NCBI GenBank assembly: GCA_945861645.1
Contig: CAMAVZ010000020.1
Coordinates: 1-36,650, forward strand
Direction: 5' to 3'
Source of the DNA: Opitutus sp. GAS368
GTDB taxonomy: Bacteria > Verrucomicrobiota > Verrucomicrobiia > Opitutales > Opitutaceae
Length of the DNA stretch: 36,650 nt
Shown here: one piece after another, positions 1 to 9,273 of the stretch
How positions within the stretch are numbered: position 1 is the stretch's first letter
Layout: each line of letters starts with the position of its first letter
Position numbers and translations under genes: made by a program
The notes under the pieces: generated by a model
What the model was told of the DNA's origin: nothing
Database searches by the model: none
The model's input: the letters and a program-made list of their open reading frames with translations, nothing else

Positions 1-560
1 GTGTCGAAGCCGAGCACGGTTGCATTTCCACCGGGAAGCGCGGTGAGATTAGCGATGCCGCCAATATTGACAATGACGCGGTCGCGGCCGGCCGAGCGAA
101 ATACCGCGTCATGAAACGCCGGCACCAGTGGCGCGCCTTGGCCCCCAAGCGCCAGATCTTTGCGACGAAAATCAGCGACGACCGGAATGCCCGTGAGCGT
201 GGCAATGACGTTGGGATCGCCAATTTGCAGGGTAAAGGCCGGCGTGAATTTGGGGCGGTGGCGAATGGTTTGCCCGTGACTGCCGATGGCGCAAATATCC
301 CGCGCGGTGAAAGTGGTTTGAGCGAGCAGGGCTTGCACAGCTTGCGCCATAGCTTGGCCGATGAGCACGTCGGCTTGACCGAGTCGGTCGATTTCATTTT
401 CACCGGGCCGGCACAAACTGAGCACTGTTTCGCGTAGCGCAGGTGGAAACGGTGCGCAATGGGTCGCGATGAGTTCCGGCTCGGGTGAAAAACGGACGAG
501 GGCGGCATCGATGCCATCTACACTGGTGCCAGAGAGCGTACCAATATAGAGCTCAGACAT
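1..560 (-). CDS. anmK: Anhydro-N-acetylmuramic acid kinase, partial (3' end runs off the left edge)
   Basis: Not in the ORF track. Manual minus-strand translation from ATG at 560 gives MSELYIGTLSGTSVDGIDAAL...IGSHGQTIRHRP...DFRRKDLALGGQGAPLVPAFHD...NIGGIAN, all hallmark AnmK motifs. Divergent from murQ. Confidence 0.95.
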   Translation of the reverse strand, partial: MSELYIGTLSGTSVDGIDAALVRFSPEPELIATHCAPFPPALRETVLSLCRPGENEIDRLGQADVLIGQAMAQAVQALLAQTTFTARDICAIGSHGQTIRHRPKFTPAFTLQIGDPNVIATLTGIPVVADFRRKDLALGGQGAPLVPAFHDAVFRSAGRDRVIVNIGGIANLTALPGGNATVLGFD

Positions 561-642
561 CGGATAAAAGTCGGCGGATACGAAGCACTCTCATGAAATG
601 AACGATTGAACCCGCTGCCGCAACGCCGATTATCTTTTTGCC

Positions 643-1527
643 ATGCTCAACACGGAAACCCCCAGCCCCCAGCACCCTAATCTTGATCAATATGCTTCCG
701 CCGATCTCGTGCGGGCTTTTACCGCTGATCAAGTGGTGGCGGCGAATGTCGTCCATGCCGCGGCTGATGCCTTGGCGCGGGCGGTTGATGCCGCGGTGCC
801 GCGCATCGCGGCCGGTGGTCGTTTAATTTATGTCGGTGCCGGCACGTCGGGGCGACTGGGTCTCTTAGACAGCGTGGAATTATTTCCGACCTTTGCTTGG
901 CCGAAGGATCGCGTCGCCGCTTTGTTGGCCGGTGGTCACGCCGCGTTGGGTTCCGCCGCGGAAGGCGCGGAGGATGATGAGGCTCAGGGCGGGGCGGATC
1001 TGCGCGGGCTGGCGGTTACGCCGCAAGATGTCGTTCTGCTGATCGCCGCTTCGGGCTATACTCCTTACGTGCTAGGCGCTCTGGCGGTCGCGAAAAGTGC
1101 GGGCGCGTTGACGATTGGCCTCGCCAATAATCCCCAGGCGCCCGTGGCCACCCAAGCGGACATCGGCATCACGCTCGATACGGGCAGTGAAACGATTGCG
1201 GGGAGCACGCGACTCAAAGCCGGTACCGCGCAGAAAATCGCGCTCAACACGCTTTCGAGTTCGATTATGGTTCGACTGAATAAGGTCTACGGTAACTTGA
1301 TGGTCGATGTATTACCGACCAATGCCAAATTGGTCCGGCGCGCGGTGGCCTTAACACGGCAAGCCGCGAACGCGGACGAGGCTGCGGCCCGCGCGGCGCT
1401 CGAGGCCTGCAGTTATCGCGTGAAGGTGGCGATCGTCATGCTTCGCCAGAAGCTCAGCGTAGCCGACGCCCAAGCTGCGCTCGACGCGGTCGACGGCAGC
1501 GTTCGCCGCGCGCTCCTGCGCCGTTGA
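643..1527 (+). CDS. murQ: N-acetylmuramic acid 6-phosphate etherase
   Basis: SIS-domain motifs GAGTSGRLGLLDSVE, EGAED, AASGYTPY, GSTRLKAGTAQK, GNLMVDV, NAKL; adjacent to anmK. Confidence 0.96.
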   Translation: MLNTETPSPQHPNLDQYASADLVRAFTADQVVAANVVHAAADALARAVDAAVPRIAAGGRLIYVGAGTSGRLGLLDSVELFPTFAWPKDRVAALLAGGHAALGSAAEGAEDDEAQGGADLRGLAVTPQDVVLLIAASGYTPYVLGALAVAKSAGALTIGLANNPQAPVATQADIGITLDTGSETIAGSTRLKAGTAQKIALNTLSSSIMVRLNKVYGNLMVDVLPTNAKLVRRAVALTRQAANADEAAARAALEACSYRVKVAIVMLRQKLSVADAQAALDAVDGSVRRALLRR

Positions 1528-1535
1528 ATCAGGGC

Positions 1536-3140
1536 ATGAATAATTCTTCGGCAACGCGGCCGGCTTCGCGGCGGATTTTTTCTCCGGCTAATCTGGGCAT
1601 CGGCCGATGCGGGGTAAGCTTTAGCCTTTTTTCCGTTGCGGCCGCGGCCCTGTGCCTCGTCGGCTGTGCGACCCTCAGCCCGTCGCGCCAGCCACGAAAT
1701 GATCCGCCCGCGGCGCCCCGCGAGTTTCGGGCCGCGTGGGTGGCGGCAGTGGCGAATATTGATTGGCCGAGCCAGCCGGATTTACCGGTGGCCACGCAAC
1801 AGGCGGAAATACTAGCCATACTAGATCGGGCCAGCGCCTTGAAATTAAATGCGATCATTCTGCAGGTTCGTCCCGCGGCGGATGCATTGTATCCTTCAGC
1901 GCTGGAACCGTGGAGCGAATATCTCTGCGGCGAACAAGGGCGTGCCCCGGTGCCGTTCTATGACCCGCTCCAAATGTGGATTGAGGAAGCGCACCGGCGC
2001 GGCCTTGAACTGCATGCGTGGTTTAATCCTTACCGCGCCCGGCATCATCAGGCGAAGTCAGCTTTTGCGCCGAACCATTTGGCGCTGACGCATCCTGCCG
2101 CGGTAAAAAAATACGGCGAATCCTGGTGGCTGGATCCGGGTGAGCCGATTGCGGTGCAACGGACGCTCGCCGTCATCGCGGATGTGGTGCGGCGCTACGA
2201 CGTGGATGGCGTGCATCTGGACGATTATTTTTACCCGTATCCCATCGCGCCGCCCGCGGGCGCGATCGTCAAGCCGGGTGAAATTAAAGAGTCGTTGGAT
2301 TTTCCTGATGAACCCTCTTGGAAAATTTATCGAACGACGGGTGGACAGCTCAATCGCGCCGACTGGCGCCGACAAAATGTTAATAGTCTCGTCGAGCAAC
2401 TCCATCGCACCATTCATGCGATTAAGCCTACCGTGAAATTTGGACTGAGCCCCTTCGGACTGGGGCGACCTGATCGACGTCCGCCCGGCATCGCTGGTTT
2501 TAGTCAATATGATCAACTCTACGCCAACGTTGAGCATTGGATCGAGCGCGGCTGGATGGATTATCTGACCCCGCAACTTTACTGGCCAGCGGCCGCGACG
2601 GCGCAGTCGTTTCCGGTGTTACTCGATTATTGGGCCCAGCAAATTAACGGACGCTTTCATCTTTGGCCCGGACTGTTTACGAGCCGAATTAATGCTACGC
2701 CCCAAAGCTGGTCGGTCGGCGAAATTACGCAGCAAATCGCCGGGGCGCGGGCGCAGTCGGTGACGAGTGGCCACGTGCATTTTAGCATGGTGGCGCTCCT
2801 GCAAGATCGCCACGGAATTAGCACGCTTTTGCAAACGGAAGCGTACGCGCAAGCTGCGTTGGTGCCCACTTCGCCTTGGCTGGATGCGGTGGCCCCGCGG
2901 GCCCCTGAACTTAAAGCGCTGAGCGCCGGAAAAATTATGATCACACCCGCCGCGGGTAAACCAGTGGCGAATTATGCGATCTGGCGGGAGCGGGAAAAAG
3001 CTTGGGAGTTTTCTATTCAACCCGCGAGTGCGCCGTTGGTGGAGGCGCGGGGGGCGGAAGCTCTGGTGGTTTCGTCGATCGATCGTCTGGGTAATGAAAG
3101 TGCGCGCGTCACCTTGCGCTTAAACCGTCCGCGTCTTTAA
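1536..3140 (+). CDS. GHL10-family (YddW/DigH-like) glycosyl hydrolase, probable lipoprotein
   Basis: PREFRAAWVAAVANIDWPS, QVRPAADALYPS, HAWFNPYRA, YDVDGVHLDDYFYPY and DYLTPQLYW are characteristic of YddW/GHL10. Hydrophobic stretch ending LVGC resembles a lipobox. Start uncertain (TTG 1524 or ATG 1536). Confidence 0.88.
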   Translation: MNNSSATRPASRRIFSPANLGIGRCGVSFSLFSVAAAALCLVGCATLSPSRQPRNDPPAAPREFRAAWVAAVANIDWPSQPDLPVATQQAEILAILDRASALKLNAIILQVRPAADALYPSALEPWSEYLCGEQGRAPVPFYDPLQMWIEEAHRRGLELHAWFNPYRARHHQAKSAFAPNHLALTHPAAVKKYGESWWLDPGEPIAVQRTLAVIADVVRRYDVDGVHLDDYFYPYPIAPPAGAIVKPGEIKESLDFPDEPSWKIYRTTGGQLNRADWRRQNVNSLVEQLHRTIHAIKPTVKFGLSPFGLGRPDRRPPGIAGFSQYDQLYANVEHWIERGWMDYLTPQLYWPAAATAQSFPVLLDYWAQQINGRFHLWPGLFTSRINATPQSWSVGEITQQIAGARAQSVTSGHVHFSMVALLQDRHGISTLLQTEAYAQAALVPTSPWLDAVAPRAPELKALSAGKIMITPAAGKPVANYAIWREREKAWEFSIQPASAPLVEARGAEALVVSSIDRLGNESARVTLRLNRPRL

Positions 3141-4426
3141 TGTCGTCACTGATGAATACTCCGATTGCGCCCGCGCCGCGGCCGTGGCTTTGGATTCCGA
3201 CGCTTTATTTTGGACAGGGTATTCCCTACGTCGTGGCGATGACGCTTTCGGTGGTGATGTATAAAAATTTACAGATCTCGAACACCGCGATCGCGCTCTA
3301 CACGAGCTGGCTGTATTTACCCTGGGTCATCAAGCCGTTGTGGTCGCCAGTGGTTGATTTGTATCGCACGAAACGCTGGTGGATTGTGGGGCTGCAATTT
3401 TTGCTCGGGCTCGCTTTGGCTTTAGTGGCCTTCACGCTGCCGATGGGGAATGGGTTTCAACTGACCTTAGCCGTTTTCTGGCTGATGGCTTTTAGTTCGG
3501 CGACGCACGACATTGCGGCCGACGGATTTTATTTGCTCGCGCTTCCGGCGCATCAGCAAGCGGCACTGGTCGGAGTGCGCAGCACCTTTTATCGAATCGC
3601 GATGATTGCGGGGCAGGGCGGCTTAGTTTATCTGGCGGGCTCTCTGCAGGAATTTACGGGTGATGTTCGCGTAGCTTGGACCGCCATCTTCATCCTGCTT
3701 GCGGTGTTTTTTGTCGGGCTCGCGCTTTATCATTGGCTGGTGTTGCCGCGACCGGCGGGGGATGGACCGGTGGGGGCGGGGCAGCCTTTCGCCGCGGGTT
3801 ATCGGGAAGTATTCGGGGCTTTTTTTCGCCGCCCTGGGATTAAAGTTATTCTTAGTTTCCTGCTGCTTTATCGATTGGCCGAGGCGCAACTGCTGAAGTT
3901 AGTCACGCCTTTTCTCCTCGATGGTCGGGCGATTGGCGGGCTTGGGCTCACGACGCAGCAAGTGGGGATTGTTTATGGGACGGTTGGAGTAATCGCGCTA
4001 ACCTTGGGCGGCATTTTGGGCGGCCTCGTTATTTCCCGCTATGGTTTGAAACGTCTCCTGTGGCCCATGATCACCGCAATGTATTTGCCCAATATTATAT
4101 TCGTGTATCTGGCGGTCGCGCAGCCCACGAGCCTGCTCGTGATCGGTTCGGTGCTCGCGGTCGAGCAGTTCGGCTACGGCTTCGGCTTCACCGCTTATAT
4201 GATCTACATGATTATGGTGGCGAAAGGCGCGCACCAGACGGCGCATTACGCGATCTGCACGGGGTTCATGGCCTTAGGCATGATGGTTCCAGGGATGGCG
4301 GCGGGGTGGATTCAGGATCATTTAGGCTATCTTAATTTTTTCATCTGGGTCTTGGTTGTCAGTGTTCCATCCTTCTTCGTTACCGCCCTCCTAAAAATCG
4401 ACCCCTCATTCGGCCGCAAAAGCTGA
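3140..4426 (+). CDS. ampG: AmpG-family MFS muropeptide permease
   Basis: About 12 hydrophobic segments; motifs LPWVIKPLWSPVVD and FSSATHDIAADG; TAATG overlap with the upstream gene; recycling-gene context. Confidence 0.85.
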   Translation: MSSLMNTPIAPAPRPWLWIPTLYFGQGIPYVVAMTLSVVMYKNLQISNTAIALYTSWLYLPWVIKPLWSPVVDLYRTKRWWIVGLQFLLGLALALVAFTLPMGNGFQLTLAVFWLMAFSSATHDIAADGFYLLALPAHQQAALVGVRSTFYRIAMIAGQGGLVYLAGSLQEFTGDVRVAWTAIFILLAVFFVGLALYHWLVLPRPAGDGPVGAGQPFAAGYREVFGAFFRRPGIKVILSFLLLYRLAEAQLLKLVTPFLLDGRAIGGLGLTTQQVGIVYGTVGVIALTLGGILGGLVISRYGLKRLLWPMITAMYLPNIIFVYLAVAQPTSLLVIGSVLAVEQFGYGFGFTAYMIYMIMVAKGAHQTAHYAICTGFMALGMMVPGMAAGWIQDHLGYLNFFIWVLVVSVPSFFVTALLKIDPSFGRKS

Positions 4427-4498
4427 GCATTCTTGCAGCCGCGCGGCGCGAGGTAGCCGGTCTGCCTTCGGCAAAAGTTGCTGACTACTTAGGCCGCT

Positions 4499-6241
4499 TT
4501 AATGGTTATCACGCGGAACAAAGGAGCCCCTGGAGCCAACCAAAAAGTCTAAATCGACCCCTTCATCTGCTTGCAGCACATGGTCGACATATAATTTCCA
4601 GTAGCCAGAGGCTAATGGCGGCACGGGGGGAACCCATTGCTTGATTCGGCGGGCCAGTTCCTCGTCGCTGATAAGCAATTGTAGTTTCCGCATTGGCACA
4701 TCGAGTGCGATCAAGTCCCCATTCTGGACAATCGCGAGCGGGCCTCCGGCTGCGGCCTCTGGAACTGCATGCAGTACTACGGTGCCATAAGCCGTGCCAC
4801 TCATCCGGGCATCGCTGATCCGGACCATGTCAGTGATGCCTCGACGCAGCAATTTAGGCGGCAAGGGCATATTTCCGACCTCGGCCATACCTGGGTAGCC
4901 CTTGGGCCCACAATTTTTTAGCACCATGATGCAATGTTCGTCGATATCGAGCTCCTCATCATCAATGCGCGCGTAGAAATCTTCGATATTCTCAAAGACT
5001 ACGGCCCGCCCAGTGTGCACCATCAGCGCTTGCGTAGCCGCACTCGGTTTGATGACCGCACCCCGCGGGGCCAGATTGCCGCGCAAAACCGCGATGCCGG
5101 CTTTAGCTTTGAAAGGGGCTTGCAGGGTCTTAATTACTTCTGGGTTAAAATTCTTAGCCTCAGCAATATTCTCTCCGATGGTCTTTCCGGTCGCCGTGAG
5201 GGCATTGAGATGAAGATATGGCGCAATCTCTTTCATCACCACCGGTAAGCCGCCAGCATAGCAGAAGTCCTCCATTAAGTATTGCCCGGAGGGCTGCATA
5301 TTAACGAGGCACGGCAGCTCGCTGCCCAGTCGATCAAAGTCATCAATAGTCAATTTCACACCGATGCGTCCGGCTATCGCAATGAGATGGATCACGGCAT
5401 TGGTAGAGCCGCCAATTGCGGCCAAGGTGCGGATAGCATTTTCAAACGCCTCTCGGGTTAGGATTTTCGAGAGCTTCAAGTCCTCATGCACCATGGCCAC
5501 GATGCGGCGACCAGCCATCCGAGCTAGTACGTTGCGCCGACCGTCGACGGCCGGGTAAGCGGCGTTGCCGGGCAAACCAAGACCCAAGGCCTCCACCATG
5601 CTAGCCATCGTGCTAGCTGTGCCCATGCTCATGCAATGTCCGTGACTGCGATGCATGCAGCTTTCGGCCTCAAAAAAATCTGCTAACTTGAGGGTGCCGG
5701 CACTGACCTGCTCGCTCATATTCCAGACTCCCGTGCCTGAGCCTAATTCTTGACCGCGCCATTTTCCACTGAGCATCGGGCCACCGCTAACCCCCACCGT
5801 GGGTAAATCTACGCTGGCGGCCCCCATCATCAAGGAGGGGGTGGTTTTGTCGCAGCCCATCAATAAGACGACCCCATCGATTGGGTTACCGCGGATACTT
5901 TCCTCTACATCCATGCTGGCCAGATTGCGGTAAAGCATAGCGGTAGGACGCAGCAACGTTTCCCCGAGCGACATGACCGGAAACTCCAAAGGAAACCCGC
6001 CGGCTTCATAAACGCCAATTTTTACCTGCTCAGCGATGGTGCGGAAATGAGAGTTGCAGGGCGTCAGTTCGCTAAAAGTGTTGCAGATTCCAATCACCGG
6101 ACGCCCATCGAACTGGTCATGCGGAACCCCTTTCCCTTTCACCCAGCTCCGGTAAAGGAAACCTTCGCGATCTTGTCGGCCAAACCATTGCTGGCTTCTC
6201 AAACTGCGCGTTTTATTAGTGACGGAAGAGTCTGCGGCCAT
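4499..6241 (-). CDS. IlvD/Edd-family [2Fe-2S] sugar-acid dehydratase (L-arabinonate/D-xylonate dehydratase type)
   Basis: PCN, GCDKT and GHCMSMGTASTM cysteine ligands; GGSTN; GPKGYPGMAE; SDARMSGT; C-terminal His (VPRDNH) typical of the pentonate dehydratase subgroup. Confidence 0.9.
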   Translation of the reverse strand: MAADSSVTNKTRSLRSQQWFGRQDREGFLYRSWVKGKGVPHDQFDGRPVIGICNTFSELTPCNSHFRTIAEQVKIGVYEAGGFPLEFPVMSLGETLLRPTAMLYRNLASMDVEESIRGNPIDGVVLLMGCDKTTPSLMMGAASVDLPTVGVSGGPMLSGKWRGQELGSGTGVWNMSEQVSAGTLKLADFFEAESCMHRSHGHCMSMGTASTMASMVEALGLGLPGNAAYPAVDGRRNVLARMAGRRIVAMVHEDLKLSKILTREAFENAIRTLAAIGGSTNAVIHLIAIAGRIGVKLTIDDFDRLGSELPCLVNMQPSGQYLMEDFCYAGGLPVVMKEIAPYLHLNALTATGKTIGENIAEAKNFNPEVIKTLQAPFKAKAGIAVLRGNLAPRGAVIKPSAATQALMVHTGRAVVFENIEDFYARIDDEELDIDEHCIMVLKNCGPKGYPGMAEVGNMPLPPKLLRRGITDMVRISDARMSGTAYGTVVLHAVPEAAAGGPLAIVQNGDLIALDVPMRKLQLLISDEELARRIKQWVPPVPPLASGYWKLYVDHVLQADEGVDLDFLVGSRGSFVPRDNH

Positions 6242-6513
6242 AGAGCGATGGAGGGAGGGCTAAGTAAAATTTAGAATTAGCCTAATTTTTAAAATCTTAC
6301 TGGCGGGGTGCCGTTGCGATTTTTACGTCGGCTCGAGGTGTTTAAATAATCACCCCGCTTTTATTTAATAGCGAAGAAATACCAGATAAAATCATCGCGG
6401 TTGGCGCAAGCCCCTTGCGTCATTAGAAAATCACGGGTCCTTGCATGGCAAACTATCGAAAATCGCCTTTCCTTCGCTGGGACTGACCGCCAACTTCGAG
6501 CTACCCCCATTCG

Positions 6514-6538
6514 CTTCATCCCATGATGAAGGTTTTTT
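6514..6538 (+). terminator. Hairpin plus U-tract immediately before the symporter start codon (possible attenuator or RBS-sequestering stem)
   Basis: CTTCATC (6514-6520), loop CCAT, GATGAAG (6525-6531), G, TTTTTT (6533-6538), then ATG at 6539. Confidence 0.4.
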
Positions 6539-8041
6539 ATGAACCTCACGCTGCCTGATTGGATTATTATTATTACTTACCTGATCGGTTGCTTAGCCGC
6601 CGGTTTATCGATGCGGAAATTTGTGCGCGGCGTGGAAGATTTTGCCGTCGCCGGTCGCGAGATGGATGTAAATCTCGGCATCGCCTCGCTCGCTGCCACC
6701 GAACTTGGGTTGGTGACGATTATGTACACGGGGCAACTGGGCTACGAAAAGGGTTTCGCTGGCTCTATGATTGGCGTGATTATGTGCATCGCCATCTGGC
6801 TCATCGGTCGTACGGGATTTGTGATTGGTCCGCTGCGGGCCGCGGGGGTCATGACGATTCCAGAACTTTTTCAAAAGCGCTTCGGCTCACGCGTTCGCTG
6901 GTTAGCCGGACTTTTTGTGGTGCTCGGTGGTTTGCTTAATATGGGCATCTTCCTCCGGCTAGGAGGAGAGTTTTTGGTCTCTGCCACGGGCATGCCGCCC
7001 GGTTGGCTTGAGTGGGTCATGACGGTGCTCCTTGGCCTCGTGCTCATCTATACTGCGCTCGGTGGAATGCTTTCCGTCCTGGTCACGGATTATCTGCAGT
7101 TTTTAGTCATGGGGGTGGGCTTGGTGGTTACCTCCGTGTTGGTGATCGATCACATCGGCTGGATTAATTTGGTCCAAGGTCTCACCACCGCTTGGACGGG
7201 GGGCGGGGCGGCGCACTCCGTTACGCAGATGACGGCTCATCCGTTTAATCCCTTTCATGCTTCCAGTTTTGGTTGGGGTTATTTGCTCTGGCAGTTCGCG
7301 CTCAATATTGCCGTCGCCACGACGTGGCAGACCCAAATTAGCCGAGTGCTGGCCACTAAAAATGCGGACACCGCCAAGCGCATGTATCGGCAAACCGCCT
7401 TTTATTATGTAGGTCGTTTTTTGCTCCCCGGTCTGTGGGGCGCGGCGGCTTTCGTCTGGTACGCACAACAGGGCGGACTGCCGAAGGAGCTGACCTCGCT
7501 GACCGCGATGCCGCATTATCTGAGCCTGGTGCTCCCGGTCGGAGTGATTGGCCTCGTGGTCGCCGCGATGCTCGCCGCCGAAATGTCGACGGATAGCGGC
7601 TATATGCTGACGTGGGCCACCGTCATTTATAATGATTTAATCACCCCGTGTCTGCGGCAGCCCCTCGCGCCCAAGCAGCAACTCTTGCTCACGCGCCTGC
7701 TGGTCCTGGCGATCGCCATCTTTTTGCTGTTCTATGGACTCTGGTATGAGTTGCCCGGCAATGCTTGGGACTACCTCGCGGTTACGGGTAATATTTACCT
7801 CGCCAGTGTCTTCACGCTGTTGGTCGCGGGTCTTTATTGGCCGCGCGGCAATGCAACGGGCGCTGGGGCTGCTTTGATTTTAGGCGCGATTGGCCCGCTG
7901 GCTTTTCTTCTCTTAGGCCGAACCTATCCGATTGCGCCCGAAGTCGCCGGCGCTTCCTCTTTTGGCCTCGCTGCTCTCGGTATGATCCTCGGCTCCCTGC
8001 TCACTCCGGCCCCCTCCACTCAATGCATACTCCCGCGGTAA
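6539..8041 (+). CDS. Sodium:solute symporter (SSS/SLC5-6-like) family transporter
   Basis: 500 aa with about 13 TM segments; EDFAVAGR, TIPELFQKRFG, YTALGGMLSVLVTDYLQF, AAMLAAEMSTDS. Confidence 0.92.
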   Translation: MNLTLPDWIIIITYLIGCLAAGLSMRKFVRGVEDFAVAGREMDVNLGIASLAATELGLVTIMYTGQLGYEKGFAGSMIGVIMCIAIWLIGRTGFVIGPLRAAGVMTIPELFQKRFGSRVRWLAGLFVVLGGLLNMGIFLRLGGEFLVSATGMPPGWLEWVMTVLLGLVLIYTALGGMLSVLVTDYLQFLVMGVGLVVTSVLVIDHIGWINLVQGLTTAWTGGGAAHSVTQMTAHPFNPFHASSFGWGYLLWQFALNIAVATTWQTQISRVLATKNADTAKRMYRQTAFYYVGRFLLPGLWGAAAFVWYAQQGGLPKELTSLTAMPHYLSLVLPVGVIGLVVAAMLAAEMSTDSGYMLTWATVIYNDLITPCLRQPLAPKQQLLLTRLLVLAIAIFLLFYGLWYELPGNAWDYLAVTGNIYLASVFTLLVAGLYWPRGNATGAGAALILGAIGPLAFLLLGRTYPIAPEVAGASSFGLAALGMILGSLLTPAPSTQCILPR

Positions 8042-8169
8042 TTTTTTGGACCATCTTGCTTTTCGCCTCCATTGTTTGGTACGGCTTTCTCGTATTTTAC
8101 GTCGGGATTAAAGCCGGCCGAGAAATTCGCACCATGATCGCGGAATTAGAAAAAACGCTTTTGCCCTAA
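8023..8169 (+). CDS. 48-aa single-pass membrane protein, putative symporter accessory subunit
   Basis: ATG 8023: MHTPAVIFWTILLFASIVWYGFLVFYVGIKAGREIRTMIAELEKTLLP. One strong hydrophobic helix plus a charged amphipathic tail; overlaps the symporter 3' end and fills the gap to the amidase. Confidence 0.7.
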   Translation: MHTPAVIFWTILLFASIVWYGFLVFYVGIKAGREIRTMIAELEKTLLP

Positions 8170-8200
8170 GCGGTGAGGGCTTAACTAGGCACTTCATCTT

Positions 8201-9208
8201 ATGAGTAGCAGCATTCGTTGCCATATTCTTGGTTTTGTTCTCCTCGGCTTGTTGGGCCTGACGGGTTGCCAAACGCACCAACCCGGAACGTCGCTCGCCC
8301 GCACCGGCGATGAGATTGTGGTGGCCGGACAATTGTTTCATACGGGGACCCGCGTGATTACTTGGATGGATCCGCATGGTTATGATGCTTACCGCGTGGA
8401 GCGTCGGTTCAGTCCGCTGGCGAGCAGCGACTGGGAGAAGACGAAGGTGGAAGCCAAGGAGGTCACAACGCCCAACCGTTACAGCCTGCGCGGAAATTCG
8501 CTGGCCCCCGCCGAGCTTGAGCGCCTGCGCGGTGGCGGTTGGGATCTGCCCGCCTTGCAGCGCGTGGTAGATCAATTTGTAATCCATTATGATGTCTGCG
8601 GCCTCAGCAAGGTGTGCTTCAATGTGCTGCATGATCACCGCGGTCTCAGCGTTCATTTCATGCTCGATCTCGATGGCACCATTTATCAAACCCTCGATCT
8701 GAAAGAGCGCGCGCGTCACGCCACTATTTCCAACGATCGTTCCATCGGCATCGAGATTGCCAACATGGGCGCCTATGCACCCGGTGACACCAAGACGCTC
8801 GACGAATGGTATCAGCGGGATGCCCAAGGGCAGCCTTACATCAAAATCCCGGCGCGGCTCGGTGATCCCATGATCTACACCAAAAATTTTGTGGGACGCC
8901 CCGCTCGGGCTGTGCCGGTGCGAGGGGTCGTGCAGGGGACGGAGCTCGTGCAGTATGATTTTACGCCAGAACAATACGCCGCGCTGATCAAACTCACGGC
9001 GACGCTCGCAAAAATTTTCCCGAAAATTACCCTCGATTATCCTCGTGACCACCGTGGTCAGCTGGTCCCGCATAAATTAACTGACGCCGAGCTGGCCCGC
9101 TATCACGGCGTGCTAGGTCATTATCATATTCAGACGAATAAAACTGACCCAGGTCCGGCGTTGCAGTGGGATAAATTAATTGACGGGGCGCGTCAGTTGG
9201 CGCGCTGA
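8201..9208 (+). CDS. N-acetylmuramoyl-L-alanine amidase (Amidase_2, AmiD/AmpD-like), lipoprotein
   Basis: Lipobox LTGC; VIHY, SVHF, ARHA, SIGIEI and LGHYHIQTNKTDPG match the Zn-amidase motifs. Confidence 0.88.
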   Translation: MSSSIRCHILGFVLLGLLGLTGCQTHQPGTSLARTGDEIVVAGQLFHTGTRVITWMDPHGYDAYRVERRFSPLASSDWEKTKVEAKEVTTPNRYSLRGNSLAPAELERLRGGGWDLPALQRVVDQFVIHYDVCGLSKVCFNVLHDHRGLSVHFMLDLDGTIYQTLDLKERARHATISNDRSIGIEIANMGAYAPGDTKTLDEWYQRDAQGQPYIKIPARLGDPMIYTKNFVGRPARAVPVRGVVQGTELVQYDFTPEQYAALIKLTATLAKIFPKITLDYPRDHRGQLVPHKLTDAELARYHGVLGHYHIQTNKTDPGPALQWDKLIDGARQLAR

Positions 9209-9273
9209 TCGCCCGCTGGAGTCGTAGGCGCTGGGTGCAGTTAGCGTCTGCAGCGGCGGAGGCTCCCCGCGTT

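Noticed and set aside
111-437. 108-aa plus-strand ORF
   Set aside because: Antisense to anmK, which carries clear family motifs.
6303-6400. TPP riboswitch-like start (GGGGTGCCG...CGGCTCGAG...CACCCC)
   Set aside because: Lacks the conserved CTGAGA and the whole 3' half (ACCTGATC...TAATGCC...GCG.AGGGA). Kept only as an unclassified structured leader.
6361-6549. 62-aa minus-strand ORF upstream of the dehydratase
   Set aside because: Overlaps the symporter start and regulatory region; no recognisable features.
7837-8022. N-terminal part of the 110-aa ORF in the track
   Set aside because: Overlaps the symporter in another frame with nonsense-like composition; only the part from ATG 8023 looks like a real protein.
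8108-9073. 321-aa minus-strand ORF
   Set aside because: Entirely antisense to the motif-supported amidase and has no recognisable domain; a typical shadow ORF in GC-rich DNA.
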